A stretch of 64,000 bases of DNA from Opitutia bacterium (GTDB lineage: Bacteria > Verrucomicrobiota > Verrucomicrobiia > Opitutales > Opitutaceae), in NCBI GenBank assembly GCA_947478395.1, contig CANJVR010000001.1, forward strand, positions 256,001 through 320,000, given 5' to 3'. Both the position numbers and the translations under genes were made by a program. Of this stretch, positions 9,603-18,354 are shown piece by piece. A model generated the notes under the pieces. The model worked only from the letters and a program-made list of their open reading frames with translations, had not been told where the DNA came from and ran no database searches. Position 1 is the stretch's first letter. Every line of letters starts with the position of its first letter.

Positions 9603-10169
9603 TTGAGCACCGACCATCGAGAGTCGAAGATCGAAAATTCGCGCCGCGCCCTGTTCCTCGATCGCGACGGCACGCTGATCGTCGACAAGGTTTATCTATC
9701 TGATCCCGCGGGTATCGATGTCATCACCGGCGTGCCGGCCGCTCTGCGCCGCGCGCGCGAACTGGGCTATCTGCTATTCCTGTTCACCAACCAATCCGGC
9801 ATCGGGCGTGGTTTGCACACGCTGGACGACACACTGCGCGTCAATGCGCGCATGGAGGAAATGCTGGGACTCACTTCGCCCGTCTTTACCGCCACCTGCA
9901 TCGCCCCGGAAGTGCCGCCGCAACCGATCGTCTACCGCAAGCCTTCGCCGCGTTTTATTCTCGAGCAGGTAGCCCAGCACCAACTCGATCCCGACCAATG
10001 CTGGATGGTCGGCGACTCCGCCGCAGACATCGGCGCTGCGCTCGCCGCGAAAATCAAGGTCGCCGCCGTCCGCACCGGCAAAATCGATCCGGCGACACTC
10101 ACCATCGTCGCCGAGCATAAAATCCCGGTCTTCGAAACCTTCGCGGACTTTGTCGCGACGCTCCGTTAA
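9603..10169 (+). CDS. gmhB: D-glycero-D-manno-heptose-1,7-bisphosphate phosphatase (HAD IIIA)
   Basis: FLDRDGTL, TNQSGIGRG, RKPSP and MVGD motifs; adjacent to the heptose kinase. Confidence 0.85.
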   Translation: MSTDHRESKIENSRRALFLDRDGTLIVDKVYLSDPAGIDVITGVPAALRRARELGYLLFLFTNQSGIGRGLHTLDDTLRVNARMEEMLGLTSPVFTATCIAPEVPPQPIVYRKPSPRFILEQVAQHQLDPDQCWMVGDSAADIGAALAAKIKVAAVRTGKIDPATLTIVAEHKIPVFETFADFVATLR

Positions 10170-10191
10170 TCGAACAAGTCCCCGTCCGATA

Positions 10192-10286
10192 AACCGCCAA
10201 TCGACGCTCATCATCGCTAATTCCGAAAATCCATCGGAAACGATTCTTTGGTTTTCATTAGCGGCCATTAGCGAAAATTAGCGGTT
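10192..10286. repeat. Inverted arrays of 10-bp repeats (AACCGCTAAT consensus)
   Basis: aaccgccaat-cgacgctcat-catcgctaat ... attagcggcc-attagcgaaa-attagcggtt. Confidence 0.75.
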
Positions 10287-10302
10287 AAAAAACCTCCCCC
10301 TG

Positions 10303-11199
10303 ATGCCCGAACTCGCCGAGGTCGAATTTTTCCGTAAACGCTGGGATCAGGCCGCGCATGGGGCCCGCATCCTTCGCGTCCACACCCACGACACGAAGAA
10401 ACTTTTTCGCAGCGCGCCCGCCGCTACCCTGCACGCTGCGCTCACCCACGCCACGCTCACGAGCTCGGCCGCCGCGGCGAAGCAGATGCTTTTCGGCTTT
10501 GTGACCGCTGAAAAAAACCAGGCTTGGCTCGGCCTTCATCTCGGCATGACGGGCGCACTTTCCGTTGCGCCCACCACGCACGTCCCGCGCAAACACGATC
10601 ATCTCGTGCTCTTCACGGATCGTCAGGCGCTCGTGTTTTCCGATCCGCGCATGTTCGGCAAAATCGAATTTAACGTCGGTCCCGAAGCGCCGGGCTGGTG
10701 GACGAAAATCGCGCCCGCATTGTGCTCCGCCCCATTCACGGTTGCGACGGTCGCCGATTTTCTGCGGCGCCGCGGCCGGGCGCCGATCAAGGCGGTGTTG
10801 CTGATGCAGGAGCGATTCCCCGGGATCGGCAATTGGATGGCCGACGAAATTCTCTGGCGCGCCGCGATCCATCCCGCCCGCCTCGCCGGATCGCTCGGTC
10901 CCGCAGACGTCCGCCTCCTCTGGCGCGAATGCCGCCACGTCGCACGTCTCGCGCTCACCGCCATCGCGGGCCGCGGGAAAAAGCTTCCGCCCGATCTCAA
11001 CGTCAACATCCCCGACAGCTGGCTCTTCAATCATCGCTGGCAAAAAGGCGGCCTCTGCCCAATCACCAAAAAGCCGCTCGCCCGGGCGGAAATCGGCGGC
11101 CGGACTTCCTGCTGGTCGCCCGCCCGACAGAAACTGGGAGCGCGGCCATCCTCGGCCGTATTGTCCCGCAAGCGGCCAAGGGCGGCCGTCCTTTCATGA
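10303..11199 (+). CDS. Fpg/Nei family DNA glycosylase
   Basis: N-terminal PELAEVE, HLGMTG, DPRMFG and the H2TH motif [12 protein letters not shown]. Confidence 0.88.
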   Translation: MPELAEVEFFRKRWDQAAHGARILRVHTHDTKKLFRSAPAATLHAALTHATLTSSAAAAKQMLFGFVTAEKNQAWLGLHLGMTGALSVAPTTHVPRKHDHLVLFTDRQALVFSDPRMFGKIEFNVGPEAPGWWTKIAPALCSAPFTVATVADFLRRRGRAPIKAVLLMQERFPGIGNWMADEILWRAAIHPARLAGSLGPADVRLLWRECRHVARLALTAIAGRGKKLPPDLNVNIPDSWLFNHRWQKGGLCPITKKPLARAEIGGRTSCWSPARQKLGARPSSAVLSRKRPRAAVLS

Positions 11200-11948
11200 C
11201 GACCGCAAAAAAAATCCGCCTCGACGAACTGCTCGTCGCCCGCGGCCTCGCTGAAACCCGCTCGCAGGCCAAGGCACTCGTGATGGCCGGCCGGGTCCGC
11301 CGCGGCACAGAACGCCTGGACAAACCGGGTCAGGATTTTCCCGCGGACGCCGAACTTTCGGTCGAACAACCGCCGCGTTTTGTCAGCCGCGGCGGCGAAA
11401 AACTGGCGGCGGCGCTCGCGGCGTTTGCCCTCGATCTCCGGGGCGCGCACGTGCTCGACGTCGGAGCCTCGACCGGCGGTTTCACCGACTGCGCGCTGCA
11501 ATCCGGCGCGGCCGATGTGGTCTGCGTCGACGTGGGCCGCGCCCAACTTCACGCCAAACTCCGAGCCGATCCGCGTGTGACCAATTTCGAAAAGGTCAAC
11601 GCCCGCCATCTCTCCACCGGCGATCTGCCGCGCGATGCCTTTGATGCCGTCGTCATGGACCTCTCATTCATTTCGCTGAAGGTTGTGCTTCCCGCGGTCT
11701 GGCCGTTCGTACGTCCGGGTGGCGTGCTGGTCGCGCTGGTCAAACCGCAGTTCGAAGCCGGGAAAGCCGAAGTCGACAAGGGGCGCGGGATCATTCGCGA
11801 CCCCGCCGTGCAACAAGCCGTCCTCGACGATGTCCGCACTTTCGCACTCACCCTGCTTCGCGGGGCCGGACTCATCGGTACGATCGATTCGCCGATCACG
11901 GGCACCGATGGCAATCGGGAGTTTCTGCTGGGGCTCCGCCGCAGTTAG
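11196..11948 (+). CDS. tlyA: TlyA family RNA methyltransferase
   Basis: S4 domain [34 protein letters not shown] and GNREF motifs; ATGA overlap with the upstream gene. Confidence 0.93.
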   Translation: MTTAKKIRLDELLVARGLAETRSQAKALVMAGRVRRGTERLDKPGQDFPADAELSVEQPPRFVSRGGEKLAAALAAFALDLRGAHVLDVGASTGGFTDCALQSGAADVVCVDVGRAQLHAKLRADPRVTNFEKVNARHLSTGDLPRDAFDAVVMDLSFISLKVVLPAVWPFVRPGGVLVALVKPQFEAGKAEVDKGRGIIRDPAVQQAVLDDVRTFALTLLRGAGLIGTIDSPITGTDGNREFLLGLRRS

Positions 11949-12059
11949 ATTCGAAATGTGAGCGGGGTGCCCACATTAGAACTCGGTCGCAGCCGCCCTT
12001 CGCCCTCACCCGTTGACACCACTCCGCGCCGCTTTTTGTCTTCGCTTTCCCACCCGCCC

Positions 12060-13508
12060 ATGAGTCCCGCCGAATCTCCCTTTGAAATCATCGAACTCGA
12101 ACGGCTTTTGCAAAAGCCGAACAGCGATCCGACGGGGCTCGCGGGATTTTTCAACGCCGGGGAAATTCTTGTCTCCCGCGTACCCGCCCGCCTCGACGTG
12201 ATGGGCGGCATTGCGGACTACTCAGGGGCCAACGTCTGCGAAGCCGTGCTCGGACGCGGCACCCTCATCGCGTTGCAGTCCCGCACCGACCGCACGCTTC
12301 GCATCCGCACCGTGCAAACGGGCCGCACAAGCCTGCCCATCGAAACGCGCATCCCCCTCGATTATTTTCAGCAAGGCGACGGCCTCGCCTCGTACGCTCA
12401 TGTGCGCGAGGTCTGCCAGGCCAACCCGCTCGCCGGTTGGGCCGCGTACGTCGGCGGCAGTATTTTTACGCTGCTCAAAGAGGAGGGCATCCGGATGCCG
12501 TACGGTTTTAGCCTGATGTTGCTCAGCGCGGTCCCGATGAACGTCGGCATCGGCAGCTCTGCCGCGACGGAAGTCGCCGTGCTCGCCGGCGTGAGCGCTC
12601 ACCTCGGCCTCGCGCTCAGCGGCGACCGTCTCGCGCAACTCGGACAGATGGCCGAAAATCATGTCGTCGGCGCACCGTGTGGCATCATGGACCAAATCGC
12701 GGTGGCGCTTGGCCGGCGCGGCAAACTCACGCACATCCTCTGTCGCCCCGGTGCCGTCATGGGCGAAGTCGAAATTCCGCGCGGCACCGGCTTTGTTGGC
12801 ATCAACTCGATGGTCCGCCACTCCGTCGCCGGGAGTCCGTACTCCGACACGCGCATCGGGGCGTTCATGGGCAAACGTATCATCAACGACCTCCGCGCCC
12901 GGCAGGGTCGCACGGCGGTGAACTATCTGACTGAGCTCACGCCCGAAGAGTTTGCCCGCGACTATCGTTCCATTCTGCCGGAGACGATTGAGGGCGCGGC
13001 GTTCATCGCCCAGCACAAGACGCACGACGACTCGGTGACGACCATTCAACCGGGCGCCAGCTATCGCGTGGCCGGACCCACCACACACCCGGTCGAGGAG
13101 AACGACCGCGTCCTGCGCTTCATGGACGCGTTACGCGCCGGCGCCACCGGAGACGAAGCGGCGCTCACCCTAGCAGGGGAATTGATGTACGGCGCACACG
13201 CGAGTTATCGGGACAACTGTCATCTGTCCGTGGACGAAGTGGATTTCCTCGTGGAAAGCGTGCGCCGGCTCGGCGTGAAAAAAGGGCTTTACGGCGCCAA
13301 AATCACCGGCGGCGGCACCGGCGGCACCGTGGCGGTATTCGGCAAACTGGATGCACTGCAGGAACACATCCCGGCGATCGCGCTGGAATACTCGCGCCGC
13401 ATCGGCCGCATGCCGGACATCTTCGAAGGCACTTCGCCAGGCGCCTGTGAGTTCGGCGCGCGCCGGTATCACTTCGGCCCGAAAGGCTGGCAACGGCTCG
13501 GCGCCTGA
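12060..13508 (+). CDS. GHMP sugar kinase, L-arabinokinase (plant ARA1 kinase domain)-like
   Basis: RLDVMGGIADYSG, GIGSSAA, ENHVVGAPCGIMDQ and GAKITGGGTGG motifs. Confidence 0.85.
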   Translation: MSPAESPFEIIELERLLQKPNSDPTGLAGFFNAGEILVSRVPARLDVMGGIADYSGANVCEAVLGRGTLIALQSRTDRTLRIRTVQTGRTSLPIETRIPLDYFQQGDGLASYAHVREVCQANPLAGWAAYVGGSIFTLLKEEGIRMPYGFSLMLLSAVPMNVGIGSSAATEVAVLAGVSAHLGLALSGDRLAQLGQMAENHVVGAPCGIMDQIAVALGRRGKLTHILCRPGAVMGEVEIPRGTGFVGINSMVRHSVAGSPYSDTRIGAFMGKRIINDLRARQGRTAVNYLTELTPEEFARDYRSILPETIEGAAFIAQHKTHDDSVTTIQPGASYRVAGPTTHPVEENDRVLRFMDALRAGATGDEAALTLAGELMYGAHASYRDNCHLSVDEVDFLVESVRRLGVKKGLYGAKITGGGTGGTVAVFGKLDALQEHIPAIALEYSRRIGRMPDIFEGTSPGACEFGARRYHFGPKGWQRLGA

Positions 13509-13526
13509 GCGACCAAGCCGGAGCTC

Positions 13527-13600
13527 ACAAAAGAACGGAAAGAATCAAAAGAAGACTCGCTCAAGCCACCCGAGCCTTAGCTTCTTTCAGTTCTTCGGTT
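13527..13600. repeat. Inverted arrays of 9-bp repeats (..AAAGAA)
   Basis: acaaaagaa-cggaaagaa-tcaaaagaa ... ttctttcag-ttcttcggtt. Confidence 0.6.
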
Positions 13601-13613
13601 AAAAACGCTTCTC

Positions 13614-14507
13614 ATGCCCGCCATCCGCAAAGCTGTCGTCCCCGCTGCCGGCCTCGGCACGCGTCACTTCCCCGCGTCGCATGCGGTAATGAAGGAGTTG
13701 TTTCCCGTCGTCGGCCCCGACGGTATCAACCGCGCGCTGATCCACTATCATCTGATCGAACTCGCCGCGGCGGGCATCGAGGAAATCTGTATCATCGTTC
13801 AGCCCGGTGACGACGTCACCATCCGGCGTTATTTCGAAGGCCCGGGCGACGCGTACCTCAAACGCCTCGCCAAATATCCCGCCCTGCTCGAGGAAGCGCA
13901 GCGCATGAGGACCTGGGTCGACCGTCTGCATTTTCGCGAACAGAAAACCCAGGAAGGCTATGGCCACGCTGTTTTCCAAACTTCAGATTTTGCCGCGGGC
14001 GAGCCGGTCCTGCTTTGTCTCGGCGATCACCTCTTTCGCGGCGCACCCGACTCACCGCATATCGCACTCGTGCGGGCCGCTGAGCAGGCGGGAGGCAAAA
14101 GCGTCTCCGCCGTGAACCGCATCGGCCCGGCTGAGTTGCGCGGCTTCGGCACCATCGCCGGCCGCCGCCGCACCGGGCAGCCGGAGCTGATCGACGTCGA
14201 TCTCATCATCGAAAAGCCCGATATCGCAACCGCCCGCGGCCGACTGCGCGTCGATGGACTCGGTGACGACGAGTTCCTCGGTTGGTTCGGCATGCACGTG
14301 CTCGCGCCGTCCATCTACGACGTGCTCGCCCGCATGATCCGCGACAACGTACGCGATGGCGGTGAGTTCCAGCTCACGCGCGCGCAGGAGTTGCAACGTC
14401 AGGCCGACGGCTACCTCGCGCTCGAAATCACACGCGGACGGCGTTTCGATTTCGGCATTCCGGACGATTTCGTCACGGCCTTGCAGGCGTTTCGCCGGGC
14501 GGATTGA
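13614..14507 (+). CDS. Sugar-1-phosphate nucleotidyltransferase (GalU-like)
   Basis: KAVVPAAGLGTR, KELFP, GYGHAV, LGD, IIEKP and GEFQLT motifs. Confidence 0.88.
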   Translation: MPAIRKAVVPAAGLGTRHFPASHAVMKELFPVVGPDGINRALIHYHLIELAAAGIEEICIIVQPGDDVTIRRYFEGPGDAYLKRLAKYPALLEEAQRMRTWVDRLHFREQKTQEGYGHAVFQTSDFAAGEPVLLCLGDHLFRGAPDSPHIALVRAAEQAGGKSVSAVNRIGPAELRGFGTIAGRRRTGQPELIDVDLIIEKPDIATARGRLRVDGLGDDEFLGWFGMHVLAPSIYDVLARMIRDNVRDGGEFQLTRAQELQRQADGYLALEITRGRRFDFGIPDDFVTALQAFRRAD

Positions 14508-14519
14508 GCGGACGTCACT

Positions 14520-14596
14520 GTGGGCGGGGTGCCCTCACCCCGCGAGCGACGTTACAGCTCGGCGAGGCTTTTAAGGGTGAGGCCACCCCGCCTCCA
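14520..14596. repeat. REP family B inverted pair
   Basis: GTGGGCGGGGTGCCCTCACCCCGC identical to the copy at 594, plus a degenerate inverted partner. Confidence 0.75.
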
Positions 14597-14735
14597 TTCA
14601 ACCAAGCGGCCTTTCTCGCTTCGACTCCGAGCCGTAACCCCCGCTTGATTTTTTCCCGCGCTCGCTAGAATGGCGGGCTCTTCAGACTCTTGGGTCTGTC
14701 CATCCATCGCCAATCACTCTTTAAACCACCCTTCC

Positions 14736-16577
14736 ATGTCCACCGCCACGCCGCAAAAATTCGAGTTCCAAGCCGAGATCAAACAGCTGCTCGATATCGT
14801 CATCCACTCGCTTTACACGGAGAAGGAAATCTTCGTTCGCGAACTGGTTTCCAACGCCTCCGACGCCTTGGAAAAACTGCGCCACACGCAGATCACCGAG
14901 AAGGATATCTTCGACGACAAGGCCGAGCTGGAGATCAACCTCACGACCGACGACAAGGCAAAGACCCTCACGATTCAGGATTTCGGCATCGGCATGACGC
15001 GAGCCGAGCTGATCGAAAATCTCGGAACCATCGCCCATTCCGGTTCAAAACAATTCCTGAAAGCCCTCGGCGAGGGCGGCGCCAAGGGCGCCAATCTGAT
15101 CGGCCAGTTCGGCGTCGGCTTCTACTCCGCGTTCATGGTCGCGAAATCCGTCAAAGTTTATTCACACTCATGGCGGGCGAGCGAACCCGGTCACGTGTGG
15201 ACCAGCGATGGCTCGGGTAGCTACGAGATCGAGGAGGCGGCCGATCTTCGCCGCGGCAGCAAGATCGTGATCGAGTTGAAGGACGACTGCGCCGACTTCG
15301 CCGAGGAATGGAAGATCAAGGAAATCCTCGAGCGTTACAGCGCGTTCGTGTCGGTGCCCATCAATCTTAACGGCAAACGCATCAACACCGTCCAAGCCCT
15401 GTGGCTGCGCTCGAAAAACGAGGTCAAGGACGAGGAATACACCGAGTTCTACAAATTCCAGGCCCACGCTCACGACGAGCCCCGTCTGCGGCTGCACTTC
15501 AGCGCCGACGCACCGCTCTCGATCAACGCGCTGCTTTTCGTGCCGCAGAGCAACACCGAGAAATTCGGCATGGCGCGCAGCGAACCGGCCATTTCTCTTT
15601 ACTGCCGCAAGGTGCTGATCGACGCGAAACCCAAGGACTTGCTGCCCGAGTGGCTGCGCTTCCTTAAAGGTGTGGTCGATAGTGAAGACCTGCCGCTCAA
15701 CATTTCCCGCGAGACGATGCAGGACCGCTCGTTGATCGAAAAGTTAAACAAGGTCATCACGAAGCGTTTCCTCAAATTCCTTGCTGACGAATCGAGCGCG
15801 CGGCCCGACGCCTACAACGAGTTCTACGCCGAATTCGGTGTCTTCCTGAAGGAGGGCGCCGCGCTCGACTTCACGCATAAGGAGCAGCTGACCAAATTAC
15901 TCCGCTACGAATCGTCGCTCACCGAAAAGGGGAAGACCACCGCCCTCACCGACTACGTTTCTCGGATGGGCGCAGACCAAAAGGAGATTTTTTATCTCGT
16001 CGGTCCCAATCGCACCGCAATCGAAAGCGGTCCCTACCTCGAAGGCTTCAAGGCCCGCAATCTCGAGGTGTTATTCTGCTACGAGCCCGTCGATGAATAC
16101 GTGATGAACAACGTCCGCGAATTCGACGGCAAGAAGCTCACCGCCGCCGATCATGCCGACGTAAAGCTCGCGGACCTGCCGAAACCGGAAGGCGCGCTCA
16201 GCGAGGACGAAACCCAAAAACTCACCACGTGGCTAAAAGAAACGCTCGGCGAACGCGTCGCCGAAGTGAAAGCCAGCGACCGCCTCGTCGACTCACCGGC
16301 CCTTGCGATCAACTCCGATAAATTCATGTCGCCCCAAATGCGCCGGATGATGAAGGCGATGAAGAAAGACGGCGCGGACGAACCCGTGAAAGTGAACTTG
16401 GAGATCAATCCTCGTTCGGCGGTGATGAAACGCCTGGCCGAAACCCACGTTTCCTCGCCCGAAAAAGCGAAGCTCGTGGCCGAGCAGATCCTCGACAACG
16501 CCCTCATCTCGGCCGGACTTCTGGACGACGCTACGCCGATGGTCGCGCGACTCTACAAATTGCTGGAGAGCGTCTAA
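14736..16577 (+). CDS. htpG: Molecular chaperone HtpG (Hsp90)
   Basis: FQAE, HSLY..KEIFVRELVSNASDA, IGQFGVGFYSAF and DLPLNISRE motifs. Confidence 0.97.
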   Translation: MSTATPQKFEFQAEIKQLLDIVIHSLYTEKEIFVRELVSNASDALEKLRHTQITEKDIFDDKAELEINLTTDDKAKTLTIQDFGIGMTRAELIENLGTIAHSGSKQFLKALGEGGAKGANLIGQFGVGFYSAFMVAKSVKVYSHSWRASEPGHVWTSDGSGSYEIEEAADLRRGSKIVIELKDDCADFAEEWKIKEILERYSAFVSVPINLNGKRINTVQALWLRSKNEVKDEEYTEFYKFQAHAHDEPRLRLHFSADAPLSINALLFVPQSNTEKFGMARSEPAISLYCRKVLIDAKPKDLLPEWLRFLKGVVDSEDLPLNISRETMQDRSLIEKLNKVITKRFLKFLADESSARPDAYNEFYAEFGVFLKEGAALDFTHKEQLTKLLRYESSLTEKGKTTALTDYVSRMGADQKEIFYLVGPNRTAIESGPYLEGFKARNLEVLFCYEPVDEYVMNNVREFDGKKLTAADHADVKLADLPKPEGALSEDETQKLTTWLKETLGERVAEVKASDRLVDSPALAINSDKFMSPQMRRMMKAMKKDGADEPVKVNLEINPRSAVMKRLAETHVSSPEKAKLVAEQILDNALISAGLLDDATPMVARLYKLLESV

Positions 16578-16695
16578 ATTACTCGCCCATCGGCTCCACC
16601 CTTCAATTGATCGACCACTTCGGGTAAATCGAGACCGAGAAAAGCAAAGTCACGAAGCCGAGAGCCGCGCCGTTTCCGCCAGGTTTGCACCGAGG

Positions 16696-16720
16696 GAATG
16701 TCACTTAATAGGTGACGTTC
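16696..16720. repeat. Palindrome GAATGTCACTTAATAGGTGAC(G/A)T, copy 1
   Basis: Near-identical reverse-complement copy at 48325-48348. Confidence 0.7.
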
Positions 16721-16859
16721 ACGGCGGGCTCCGAGAACGAACGTCGCGCTCCCGACGACCGAGGAACGACGAATTGGATCGCGGGCGAATTCGCTCCCTT
16801 CTAATCCGTCTCCCCGCTTGCGGAGGGGCCGAACGACCGCAACTATTGGCGAACTAGCG

Positions 16860-17693
16860 ATGTACGGATACGAATCTTCAGACGAACATCAGCCCGTGAC
16901 CTGGTTCCGCGGTCATCCGGTATACGCTGCGCATCTCATCGTAGTTGGGTTCGTCGCGTCGATGCTGGTCACGACGTTTTTTGCGCTCTTCAAGATCGAT
17001 CCCCTGCTCGACTGGCTCACGTTCACGAGCGCCGAAGTACTCAAGGGGCAGATCTGGCGCGTCTTCACGTACGGACTGGTGAATCCGCCCCGTCTGCAGT
17101 TCGCCATCGATATGGCGATGATCGTGTGGTTTGGCCGCGAGGTGGAACGGTTTCTGGGGCGGCGGCCTTTTTTCATGCTGTACGCGGGGCTTTATCTGCT
17201 TTCGCCGCTGCTCTTCACCGCGATCGGACCCTGGCGATCCCTGTCGCTGGCAGGTGAAACGGGCGCTTTCGCCCTCTTCATCGCGTTCGCGACGCTGTAC
17301 CCAAGCGTTCCGCTGCTCTTCAATATTCTCGCCCAGTGGATGGCGTTGATCCTGTTCGGGCTCTTCAGCCTGATGGCCTTGGCGGCCCGCGACGGCGTCG
17401 GCCTGCTGTCCCTTTGGGTCACCAGCGGATTCGCTTTCGGTTTCGTACGTTTCCAACAAGGAAGATTTAATCTTCCGACGCTTTCCTTCCTTCGGCCCAA
17501 ACCGAAATTGCGCCTGGTGCCGGATTTGGAACCGACGAAAAAGCCAGCGAGCGCAGACCGAGACAAGGCATCGGCCATGGCGGAAGTCGACGCGCTGCTC
17601 GACAAGATCGCACGCTCGGGGATTTCGAGCCTTACCGCAAAGGAACGCGCCAAGCTCGACGCCGCGGCGCAAGTGACAAAGCGCCGCCGCTAA
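16860..17693 (+). CDS. Rhomboid-like membrane protein with C-terminal DUF6576-like domain
   Basis: GQIWRVFTY, FGREVERFLG and IAFATLYP motifs; C-terminal EVDALLDKIARSGISSLT. Confidence 0.75.
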   Translation: MYGYESSDEHQPVTWFRGHPVYAAHLIVVGFVASMLVTTFFALFKIDPLLDWLTFTSAEVLKGQIWRVFTYGLVNPPRLQFAIDMAMIVWFGREVERFLGRRPFFMLYAGLYLLSPLLFTAIGPWRSLSLAGETGAFALFIAFATLYPSVPLLFNILAQWMALILFGLFSLMALAARDGVGLLSLWVTSGFAFGFVRFQQGRFNLPTLSFLRPKPKLRLVPDLEPTKKPASADRDKASAMAEVDALLDKIARSGISSLTAKERAKLDAAAQVTKRRR

Positions 17694-17830
17694 GCGGTCT
17701 AATTTTCCGTGGCCGCTCCATGAAGCGGCTGGCGTCTCTGCCTACCAGGTTCAGTGTTCTCACAACGGCAGGCAGGGACGCCTGCCGCTACGCTGTTAGC
17801 CGCTACGTTTTGGGTTAATCCGGCTTTAGC
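17691..17830. repeat. REP family A element, copy 2
   Basis: CGGCAGGCAGGGACGCCTGCCGCTAC core with flanks matching copies 3 and 4. Confidence 0.75.
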
Positions 17831-17865
17831 TAGACTCTGAGGCATCGGCCCCGCGCCCTTCGCCG

Positions 17866-18234
17866 TCAGCGCTTGCGCGTCCGCTTTTTCGGCGACCAGA
17901 CCGCCGTCACCACCGAACTGACGCCGCCTCGGCCTTTCCAGTCGGCGATGATGGTGAGCTCGCGCGGCGCCAGCACCGCTCCGAGGTCGTCGCAAATCTT
18001 GTTCGTCACCGCTTCGAAGAAAATGCCCTTATTGCGGAAAGCATGGAAATAAAGTTTCAGCGATTTCAGCTCCACGCACACTTTGTCAGCGACGTAACGC
18101 ACCGTAATCGCCGCGAAGTCCGGATGCCCGGTCATGGGGCATACCGAGGTAAACTCGTGATGGGTATGCGCGATCACGTAATCGCGATGCGGCGCAGGAC
18201 TGGGAAAAGTTTCGAGGATCTTTGGATCGGCCAT
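17866..18234 (-). CDS. queF: preQ1 synthase (7-cyano-7-deazaguanine reductase), type I
   Basis: EFTSVCPMTGHPDF, the QueF motif VELKSLKLY, and RGG. Confidence 0.93.
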   Translation of the reverse strand: MADPKILETFPSPAPHRDYVIAHTHHEFTSVCPMTGHPDFAAITVRYVADKVCVELKSLKLYFHAFRNKGIFFEAVTNKICDDLGAVLAPRELTIIADWKGRGGVSSVVTAVWSPKKRTRKR

Positions 18235-18354
18235 GGCGTGTAGAGAAATCGAGTCTTGGGTTTTTGGTTTTGAGTTGTCGAGCGGCGAACACAGGGGAAG
18301 TCGCAAGCCGTGACCAACCCAAAACGCGAAACTCAAAAGCGCCCCCTCCAGCGA

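Noticed and set aside
10698..11195. N-terminal extension of the tlyA ORF
   Set aside because: Overlaps fpg out of frame; the real start is the ATG at 11196
18235..18354. preQ1 riboswitch upstream of queF
   Set aside because: No preQ1-I stem-loop with A-rich tail; the spacer holds degenerate heptamer repeats instead
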